DNA from: Candidatus Micrarchaeota archaeon
GTDB taxonomy: Archaea > Iainarchaeota > Iainarchaeia > JAADDC01
Length of the DNA stretch: 17,214 nt
Assembly: GCA_027046625.1 (NCBI GenBank)
Contig: JALTXX010000014.1
Location: 28,129-45,342 of the forward strand
Direction: 5' to 3'
Both the position numbers and the translations under genes were made by a program. Below the pieces are notes generated by a model. The model was not told the origin of the DNA. It made no database searches and saw nothing but the letters and a program-made list of their open reading frames with translations. Shown here piece by piece: positions 5,704-12,210 of the stretch (its first letter is position 1; each line of letters starts with the position of its first letter).

Positions 5704-7350
5704 ATGGAGGTGAAACTTCCCAGTGGAAGAAAGTTTACAACCCCGTCCTTCTTTCCCGTATACAATCCTAACATTCCCATTATATCTCCAAACGAAATGA
5801 GATCTATGGGTGTGGAGACGCTTATTACAAACGCGTACATACTCTATAAAAAAGGGATAGAAAGGAGGGTGCATGAATTTCTGGGATTTGATGGGGTAGT
5901 TATGATGGATTCTGGAGCTTACCAATTGTGGGAGTATGGAGACCTTGATGTTACAAACGAAGACATCATAGAGTACCAGAACCGTATTCTACCCGATATA
6001 GGAACCTTTCTCGATACGGTGATGGAGTACGATATAGACAGAAAGTCTGCCGAAATTGGTGTAAAGGAAACCCTAACAAACGCAGAGGTTTGTAGAGCAA
6101 TAGGAGATGATAAAATAGCATGGATGGCCACAGTACAGGGAGCATTGCATAAAGATCTTGTTGAAATAGCTGCAGAAAGGCTTAGGGAATTGGATTTTCC
6201 ATACTATGCCATTGGCAGTCTTAAAAAGTCTACACAGAAGTGGATGTTTGAGCCTCAGATAGATCATAGCGTGTGGGCTCTGAATATTCTACCAAGGAGC
6301 AAGCCTGTTCATCTTTGGGGTGTTGGGCATCCTGCAGTATTTTCCATCTTTGTACTAATGGGATTTGATACCTTTGATTCCGCTTCCTACGCCCTTTATG
6401 CAAAAGATAACAGAGTTATGTTTCCTTGGGGCACAGAGAGACTGGAAAACATGGAAGAATTCCCCTATACATGCAAAGAGTGTGAAAAATTTACGGTTAA
6501 AGAGCTTCTATCTATGGATAAACACGAAAGGGTACGTATACTTGCAAAACACAATCTGTGGGTCATGATAAACGAGATAAAGGCTATTAGAGAGGCTCTT
6601 AGAGGTGAGTATCTCTTCGAGCTTGTACAGGAAAGGGTTAGATCACACCCAGGATTATTCAGGGCATTTGTAAAGCTGCTAAAAGAACATTATGGGTTTT
6701 TGGAGCAATATACCCCTTTCACAAAGAAACATGGGTTATTCCCAGTAGGCGAAGAATTTGTCTATAGACCAGAGATAAAAAGAGCTCTTGATAGAATAAA
6801 AATGTGGGAAAAAGATGCGAAGATTTTAGGTATAGAAATACCCTCCACCCTTTTCTATACATATCCTTTTGGGCACATTGTACACGAGGGGTCTCCTCCA
6901 TCCATCGATCCTACATCTCAAGCAAGAGATATCATAAAATATCAATGGGGTGTAGAGATAGAGCATTTGTACGTTACTGAGAGAAAAGGGAGGGCTAGAA
7001 TGGTATACAAAGATGAAACATACATTGGCATGATCAGACCGTCTGATGGGCTTTTTGTTCCCTCCATAGAGGGTGCCAAACTTTTGGTATCTCTTCTTCC
7101 CCATCCAAAAGGCAGAATAGTGGTAGATAGTGTTGCAGAAGGTCCCGTATCGGAGGGTAGGTCCGTATTTTCAAAGTTTGTTCTGGATGTAGACCCTGAT
7201 CTTAGACCAAACCAAGAGGTTATCGTAGTAAATGAAAGCGATGAAGTGCTAGCAGTGGGGAAGTTGGTGCTATCACCTAAAGAGATTACAGAGTTTTCCT
7301 CCCACGTAGCAGTAAAAGTCAGACATGGCTCAAAACTTTCACATTCTTAA
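5704..7350 (+). CDS. tgtA: Archaeosine tRNA-guanine transglycosylase (archaeal-type TGT) with a C-terminal PUA-like domain.
   Basis: The 548-aa size fits archaeal TGT. The TGT catalytic-region motif is VVMMDSGAYQLW. The zinc site is C-x-C-x2-C ... H (YTCKECEKF...H). The C-terminal roughly 80 aa look beta-rich and PUA-like (GKLVLSPKEITEFSSHVAVKVRHG). An SD-like GGTGCAGGAAG precedes the ATG, 32 bp after the aRF1 stop. Confidence 0.85.
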   Translation: MEVKLPSGRKFTTPSFFPVYNPNIPIISPNEMRSMGVETLITNAYILYKKGIERRVHEFLGFDGVVMMDSGAYQLWEYGDLDVTNEDIIEYQNRILPDIGTFLDTVMEYDIDRKSAEIGVKETLTNAEVCRAIGDDKIAWMATVQGALHKDLVEIAAERLRELDFPYYAIGSLKKSTQKWMFEPQIDHSVWALNILPRSKPVHLWGVGHPAVFSIFVLMGFDTFDSASYALYAKDNRVMFPWGTERLENMEEFPYTCKECEKFTVKELLSMDKHERVRILAKHNLWVMINEIKAIREALRGEYLFELVQERVRSHPGLFRAFVKLLKEHYGFLEQYTPFTKKHGLFPVGEEFVYRPEIKRALDRIKMWEKDAKILGIEIPSTLFYTYPFGHIVHEGSPPSIDPTSQARDIIKYQWGVEIEHLYVTERKGRARMVYKDETYIGMIRPSDGLFVPSIEGAKLLVSLLPHPKGRIVVDSVAEGPVSEGRSVFSKFVLDVDPDLRPNQEVIVVNESDEVLAVGKLVLSPKEITEFSSHVAVKVRHGSKLSHS

Positions 7351-7759
7351 GAATGATTTCCTTGCCCTTAACCTTATCCTCAATAGCAACCTTTGCATCC
7401 TCCTCTATCATCCTTATAATACCTTCCAAGGTGGTTATCCTGCCCCCAAAACCTTCCCTCATCTCCAGTACTATACCCATATCTGGAACTTCTATCCTTG
7501 CATATGGAGGGATGTATATCAGTGTATTTGATGTTTTTTCATCATAAACGAATCTTTTTTCTTCTAGTTTTTCATCGACCGAGAATACAGTTCTATCAAC
7601 AAATCCACAATTACTACACTTCTCCACAAACATTACGACACTACCTTCCAAATATTGCAAAGGATATAAGAACGCCTCTATCTTTGTTTCTGATCCGCAC
7701 ACAGGGCACTTCCCCTTTCCCTCATATAGTTTTTTCACCACATAGAGGCATATATCCAC
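7319..7759 (-). CDS. ZPR1-type zinc-finger protein (COG1779-like C4 zinc finger).
   Basis: The 146-aa ORF has CPVCG...x22...CSNCGF followed by a beta-rich region ending GFGGRITTLEGIIRMI, which matches the ZPR1 signature G.GG..TT.EGLL. The ORF opens with GTG at 7759. In-frame GTGs at 7741 or 7738 are better placed relative to the TATA-like box, so the true start is uncertain by 6-7 codons. Confidence 0.5.
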   Translation of the reverse strand: MDICLYVVKKLYEGKGKCPVCGSETKIEAFLYPLQYLEGSVVMFVEKCSNCGFVDRTVFSVDEKLEEKRFVYDEKTSNTLIYIPPYARIEVPDMGIVLEMREGFGGRITTLEGIIRMIEEDAKVAIEDKVKGKEIILKNVKVLSHV

Positions 7760-7794
7760 AGGGTTTTAAGTACTCTCCCAGCAAACTATGTGGG
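7760..7794. promoter_or_regulatory. 35-bp divergent spacer containing a near-palindromic TATA-like box GTTTTAAGTAC (7763-7773), about 27 bp upstream of the reverse gyrase ATG at 7795.
   Basis: It is the only A/T-rich element in the spacer. It is correctly spaced for leaderless rgy transcription and could also serve the divergent ZPR1 gene if that gene starts at GTG 7741/7738. Confidence 0.35.
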
Positions 7795-10700
7795 ATGAAG
7801 GCCCTCTTCACCAACCTCTGCCCCAACTGTAGAGGGGAAATAGACGACTCAAGACTGGAAAAACACCTTCCATGTAAAAGATGTTTGACCGATGAGGTGG
7901 AAGAAGGGAATTATAACACATTAGTAAAGACGGTGTTCTCTCATTTAAAGAATAAAGATGGGTATACACTCATATACAATACTGTAAATGGATTAGAGGA
8001 ATTCGAAGCATTCTTTAAGAAGTACACCGGTTATCCTTTGTGGAGTGCTCAGCGCTCATGGACAAAGCGCTTGCTACTAAACAAATCATTTTCTATTGTG
8101 GCGCCAACTGGTGTGGGAAAATCGCTCTTTGGAACCATGTATGCAGCCTTTTTAGCAGAAAAGGGCAAAAGATCTTACATTATCGTTCCTACCTCCACAC
8201 TGGTAAAACAAACACTGGATAGACTGTCCTTCAGGGAAGATGCGATTGGATTCTACTCTGCCATGACTCAGAAGAGAAAGGAGGAAATAATGGAACGTTT
8301 AAGGAGTGGGGATTTCCGTATTTTGGTTACCACCTCGCAGTTTCTGGCTCGTCGCTTTGAAGACATTCCTGTAAAGTTCGACTTCATCTTTGTAGATGAC
8401 GTAGATGCGCTCCTTAAATCCTCTAAGAATATAGATAGGGTGCTTTTATTACTAGGATTTCAAGAAAAGGACATAGAAACTGCCCTTTCCCTTATAAGGG
8501 AAAAGATACTCCTGGCTAGAGGAAAAGGGGACAGAAAAAAGGTTGAACACCTCGAAAAGATCCTAAAGAAAAGGAAAAAAGATATAAAAGGATCTCTTGT
8601 TGTTGCATCAGCTACAGGTAGATCTAGAGGGTTAAGATCAAGGTTGTTTAGAGAGTTGCTTGATTTTGAGGTGGGCTCCTCTAGGGCTCAGCTAAGGAAT
8701 GTGATTAACGTTTATACAAAAGAAGATGACATATCCTACTGGATAAGAAGGTTAGGTGGTGGAGGAATCATATTCGTATCCCACGGAGAAGACGAAGCAA
8801 AACGGATTACCGATGAGTTAAACAATATTGGAATAAGAGCTGCCTTCGCAGGGGGAGAAAAAGCCGTAAGTGCACTTGAGTCATTCGCAAAGGGGGAAGT
8901 TGATATACTTGTAGGATCTGCCTACTACTATGGAACCCTTGTAAGGGGCATCGACCTGCCGGAAAGAGTAAGGTATACCGTATTTGTGGGTGTCCCCAAG
9001 TTTAGGTTTGGTATGGACTTCGAAGGAATAAATCCTGGGAGAGCTGCCTTTCTTCTGGATATACTATATGACATAACATCTGATTCCTCTCTGAGAACCT
9101 TGGCAAACAGGCTTAGAAGATACGCAAGGGAGGAGGATCTGGAGGAGGCAAAGAAGATGCTAAGGGAGCTTATATCTAAGAGGGAAATCCTTGACAAGCT
9201 AAAGGAGCATCCAGATATAGTAATAGAAGAGGGAGATAAGTTATACATCATTATCCCCGATTACAAAACATATATCCAAGGCTCTGGAAGAGCCTCAAGA
9301 ATGTATGCAGGTGGAGTAACCACGGGGTTATCGCTGCTAATAGTGGACAATGAAAAGGTGTTTGAGCTGTTAAGACGTATTCTGTTCAACGTGTATGGAG
9401 AATCGTTCTCCCCTGTGAAAGAAGTAAACCTTGAGGATATCCTAAGAAAGATTGACGAAGAACGAAGGAGGATTAGGGAAAGATCCTGGAAGGATCCTGT
9501 AAGAACAATATTATTCGTGGTAGAATCCCCCAACAAAGCAAGAACAATAGCAAGATTCTTTGGGAGGCCGTCTGTGTACAGAATAGGAAGTATTAGAGGC
9601 TATGAGGTTACCACAGGAGATACAATTGTAAACGTGGTGGCAACGAGAGGGCACATGTTTGACCTGGTAACAGATAGAGGATTTCATGGTGTGCTGGTAA
9701 ACGATAGGATAATACCCGTTTATACTACCATCAAACGATGCAATCAATGTGGTACACAAACTACAGATAATGTGTGCCCAAAATGTGGAAGTACAGACCT
9801 AGAAGATGCCATAGAGAGGGTTAATGCGTTGAGATTGTTTGCTCTTGAGATGGATGAGGTCCTCATAGGTACAGATCCAGATACGGAAGGTGAAAAGATT
9901 GCATGGGATGTAATGCTAGCTATATCTCCCTATAATCCATCCATTAAAAGATCTGAGTTCCACGAGGTTACAAAGAACGCCCTCCTAAAGGCTATAAGGG
10001 AGCCCAGATCCTTTAATATAAACAGGGTAGATGCCCAGATTGTAAGAAGGGTTGAAGATCGGTGGATAGGTTTTGAGCTATCCCAAAAGCTGTGGACTGT
10101 TTTTGGCAACAGAGGGCTCTCCGCTGGAAGGGTTCAAACACCTGTACTTGGATGGATCATTGAGAGATATATGGAGCACAAGAAACAGGTAGCGGTGTTC
10201 CTTTCTGTAGATACAGAGGTTGGCAGATTCGTATTTGAAACACCTTTCAGAAATATAAACCAAGCAAAAGCTTATGGTAACAGTGGTATTATACGGATAG
10301 AACTATTGGAAAGTAGAGAGGAGATCAAACACCCACCTCCACCCTTTACTACAGACACCCTTATAAGGGATGGGGGTAATGTTCTACGTCTCGGGGCCAA
10401 GGAGATTATGGATCTTGCCCAAGATCTCTTCGAGGCAGGTCTTATAACATACCATAGAACCGATTCTACTCACGTATCCTCTACCGGAATAGCCATTGCA
10501 AAGGAGTATATATCCTCCAAATGGGGAGAAGATTACTTTAGGGGCAGATCATGGGGCAGAGAAGGAGCTCACGAATGTATAAGGCCTACACGGTCCCTTG
10601 ATACAGAGACGTTAATTAGATACATAAGGGAGGGAGAAATAGTGGTGGAGGGTATCAGCAAGCAGCACCTAAGGCTATACGATCTTATCTTTAGGAGATT

Positions 10701-11220
10701 TATGGAAAGCCAGATGAAGGAGGCGAAGGTAATTGTTTCAAAGTACAGAGTTACACTAGAGGCACTATCCACAGAAGAAGAGAGGATATCAGATATAGTG
10801 GAAAGGGGGTGGATGGTTCTGGAGAACATCGAACCATCACCCCTAAAGGAGGGAGCGTATAAACCTCTTTCTGTTTTATCCTACAAGGCATCTAAGATAC
10901 CACTATATACCCAAAGTGATGTAGTGGCCCTCATGAAGGAGAGGGGCATAGGCAGGCCGTCTACATACGCCACCATCCTACAAAAGCTACTAGAAAGAAG
11001 ATACATAATAGAAACTAAAAGTAAGCGCAGATTGTATCCTACAAGAAGGGGTATAGAAGTGTTTAACTACCTCAACTCGAAGTTCTACGATCTTGTTTCC
11101 GAGGAAAGAACAAAGATGTTAGAAATGCTCATGGAGGAGATTGAGGAAGGAAGGTTACATTATATGGATGTACTTAAGGAACTCTACAGGGAGATAGTAT
11201 CAACAAGGGGGATTATATAG
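7795..11220 (+). CDS. rgy: Reverse gyrase: N-terminal zinc finger plus SF2 helicase-like domain fused to a type IA topoisomerase domain.
   Basis: I place the start at ATG 7795 (MKALFTNLCPNCRGE...CKRCL, the N-terminal zinc finger), giving 1141 aa. Walker A is APTGVGKS and helicase motif II is FVDDVD. A second zinc finger, CNQCG...CPKCG, lies at the helicase/topoisomerase junction. The topo IA active-site region GLITYHRTDSTHVS keeps the catalytic Tyr, and the Toprim acidic motif GTDPDTEGE is present. No intein is evident. The ORF track's upstream extension (7498-7794) overlaps the ZPR1 gene and carries no conserved residues. Confidence 0.95.
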   Translation: MKALFTNLCPNCRGEIDDSRLEKHLPCKRCLTDEVEEGNYNTLVKTVFSHLKNKDGYTLIYNTVNGLEEFEAFFKKYTGYPLWSAQRSWTKRLLLNKSFSIVAPTGVGKSLFGTMYAAFLAEKGKRSYIIVPTSTLVKQTLDRLSFREDAIGFYSAMTQKRKEEIMERLRSGDFRILVTTSQFLARRFEDIPVKFDFIFVDDVDALLKSSKNIDRVLLLLGFQEKDIETALSLIREKILLARGKGDRKKVEHLEKILKKRKKDIKGSLVVASATGRSRGLRSRLFRELLDFEVGSSRAQLRNVINVYTKEDDISYWIRRLGGGGIIFVSHGEDEAKRITDELNNIGIRAAFAGGEKAVSALESFAKGEVDILVGSAYYYGTLVRGIDLPERVRYTVFVGVPKFRFGMDFEGINPGRAAFLLDILYDITSDSSLRTLANRLRRYAREEDLEEAKKMLRELISKREILDKLKEHPDIVIEEGDKLYIIIPDYKTYIQGSGRASRMYAGGVTTGLSLLIVDNEKVFELLRRILFNVYGESFSPVKEVNLEDILRKIDEERRRIRERSWKDPVRTILFVVESPNKARTIARFFGRPSVYRIGSIRGYEVTTGDTIVNVVATRGHMFDLVTDRGFHGVLVNDRIIPVYTTIKRCNQCGTQTTDNVCPKCGSTDLEDAIERVNALRLFALEMDEVLIGTDPDTEGEKIAWDVMLAISPYNPSIKRSEFHEVTKNALLKAIREPRSFNINRVDAQIVRRVEDRWIGFELSQKLWTVFGNRGLSAGRVQTPVLGWIIERYMEHKKQVAVFLSVDTEVGRFVFETPFRNINQAKAYGNSGIIRIELLESREEIKHPPPPFTTDTLIRDGGNVLRLGAKEIMDLAQDLFEAGLITYHRTDSTHVSSTGIAIAKEYISSKWGEDYFRGRSWGREGAHECIRPTRSLDTETLIRYIREGEIVVEGISKQHLRLYDLIFRRFMESQMKEAKVIVSKYRVTLEALSTEEERISDIVERGWMVLENIEPSPLKEGAYKPLSVLSYKASKIPLYTQSDVVALMKERGIGRPSTYATILQKLLERRYIIETKSKRRLYPTRRGIEVFNYLNSKFYDLVSEERTKMLEMLMEEIEEGRLHYMDVLKELYREIVSTRGII

Positions 11221-11242
11221 ATTTCCCCTCTAACCTCACAAC

Positions 11243-11407
11243 ATGATCACCAAACGTTGCACCTCTTGTGGTAGGGAGGTAGGACCCGGAGAGTATGTAT
11301 CCTTCAAGTGTCCCTCGTGCGGTGAGGCAGAAATTGTAAGATGTTTGGAATGCAGAAGCAGAGCCTCAAGATACATGTGCAACAGCTGCGGATTTGAAGG
11401 TCCCTAA
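11243..11407 (+). CDS. Small zinc-ribbon protein of 54 aa, resembling the Zn-ribbon protein (COG2888-like) commonly encoded just upstream of aEF-1beta in archaea.
   Basis: Hand translation gives MITKRCTSCGREVGPGEYVSFKCPSCGEAEIVRCLECRSRASRYMCNSCGFEGP. It has four CxxC pairs, so two zinc ribbons. The ORF is absent from the track because it is under 60 aa. Its TAA stop is followed 8 nt later by the aEF-1beta start, with an SD in between. Confidence 0.6.
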   Translation: MITKRCTSCGREVGPGEYVSFKCPSCGEAEIVRCLECRSRASRYMCNSCGFEGP

Positions 11408-11415
11408 GGGGTGAT
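11408..11415 (+). promoter_or_regulatory. Shine-Dalgarno GGGGTGAT immediately upstream of the aEF-1beta start codons at 11416 and 11419.
   Basis: The sequence matches the archaeal SD consensus GGAGGTGATC and is complementary to the 16S 3' end. It indicates that the Zn-ribbon gene and ef1b are co-transcribed. Confidence 0.5.
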
Positions 11416-11682
11416 ATGATGGGAGATGTACTGCTGGTCTATCGCATACATCCTAAGGAGGTGGAAGATCTTCCTAAAATAAGGGAAAAGATAGGAACAT
11501 CTATTCCCAACGTGGCCAAACTAAAGAGCATGGAGGAAGAACCTCTTGCCTTTGGATACAAGATTCTTAAGCTAAGTGTAATTGTGCCCGATGAGGAGGG
11601 AGCACAGGAAAGGGTAGAAGAGGCTTTAAGGGGTATTGAAGAGATCGATTCCTTCGAGGTGGAACTCTCAACCCTTATCTAG
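11416..11682 (+). CDS. ef1b: Translation elongation factor aEF-1beta.
   Basis: The 88-aa ORF begins MMGDVLLVYRIHPKEVEDLPKIREKI...AFGYKILKLSVIVPDEEG. The size and the acidic guanine-nucleotide-exchange core are typical of archaeal EF-1beta. It conventionally follows the Zn-ribbon gene. The true start may be the second ATG at 11419. Confidence 0.85.
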   Translation: MMGDVLLVYRIHPKEVEDLPKIREKIGTSIPNVAKLKSMEEEPLAFGYKILKLSVIVPDEEGAQERVEEALRGIEEIDSFEVELSTLI

Positions 11683-12162
11683 TTTCTCCCTTATCCTTTC
11701 TACAAACTCTTTTATCCTTGTCCAGTGAGACCCTTTCCAGTATACTTGTCCACAGCTTGTGCATATCCAAAACTCCTCCCTGCTCATATATACACCCATG
11801 GGTACCTGCCCTTTTACCTCAGATCGATTAGCTTTTCTTAGGATTCCGTTGCACCTTGGACATCTCTCAAGGGATGGTGCATCCTTTAATTCTATTGTAC
11901 CCTTCCTTACAAGAAAGGCAAGCTGTTCCTCCACATCATTACCCTCCACTAAAAGAGTAGACACACCCTCCTTCCTTGCACGTTCGTATAATTCTCTGTC
12001 CTTCGTTAAAAGAATCCTATCCTCATATTCTGCTATATCCAAAAGGTAGTCATCATCCAGTATGGATAAATCAGATGCTGATACTGTATCATATCCCAAT
12101 ATTCTCAACCATTCTGCCAGCTTTTCCAACATGGCATCCACAAGGAACCTCATCGATTCCAC
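11668..12162 (-). CDS. Mut7-C domain protein (DUF82; PIN-like RNase fold with a C-terminal zinc ribbon).
   Basis: The 164-aa ORF has an N-terminus MRFLVDAMLEKLAEWLRILGYDT that matches the Mut7-C/DUF82 signature MLGrLarwLRllGyD. The C-terminus carries CPRCNG...x32...CTSCG. The gene converges on ef1b with a 15-bp overlap. Confidence 0.65.
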   Translation of the reverse strand: MESMRFLVDAMLEKLAEWLRILGYDTVSASDLSILDDDYLLDIAEYEDRILLTKDRELYERARKEGVSTLLVEGNDVEEQLAFLVRKGTIELKDAPSLERCPRCNGILRKANRSEVKGQVPMGVYMSREEFWICTSCGQVYWKGSHWTRIKEFVERIREKLDKG

Positions 12163-12210
12163 GCTCCACCTCCATCAAAATAAATGGTGTACGTTTAGAA
12201 TATAACCTTG
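12163..12210. promoter_or_regulatory. 48-bp divergent spacer between the Mut7-C gene (minus) and rad50 (plus). It contains TCAAAATAAATGG (about 27 bp upstream of the rad50 ATG) and TTTAGAATATAA.
   Basis: The A/T-rich TATA-like boxes are spaced as expected for leaderless starts. No SD precedes rad50. Confidence 0.3.

Noticed and set aside
5347-7104. Minus-strand ORFs of 60-94 aa antisense to aRF1 and tgtA, and the plus-strand ORF at 6365-6568.
   Set aside because: They lie within genes whose frames are confirmed by GGQ, NIKS, the TGT catalytic motif and zinc motifs. They are typical antisense artefacts.
7498-7794. The ORF-track version of the large plus-strand ORF starts at 7498 and would add about 100 N-terminal residues to reverse gyrase.
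   Set aside because: The extension overlaps the minus-strand ZPR1-like gene and the divergent promoter spacer, and it contains no conserved residues. The conserved N-terminal zinc finger (CPNCRGE...CKRCL) begins right after the ATG at 7795. That ATG also has a correctly spaced TATA-like box.
8040-10829. Small ORFs of 60-107 aa inside or antisense to rgy (8040-8222, 8928-9251, 9261-9536, 9511-9759, 10078-10263, 10569-10829).
   Set aside because: All lie within the reverse gyrase coding region, whose frame is supported by helicase and topoisomerase motifs along its full length. None shows any protein-like pattern.
7795-11220. A possible intein inside reverse gyrase, since some archaeal rgy genes carry one.
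   Set aside because: The protein is 1141 aa, which is normal for an intein-free reverse gyrase. The helicase and topoisomerase motifs are contiguous, with no inserted block containing Hint or endonuclease motifs.
12208-12210. TTG at 12208 as the Rad50 start, and TTG at 16359 as the E1-like start.
   Set aside because: These are alternative start codons picked up by the six-frame tool. Canonical ATGs follow immediately (12211) or 45 nt later (16404/16407). The TTG at 16359 would make the E1-like gene overlap the start codon of the divergent pilin-like gene.
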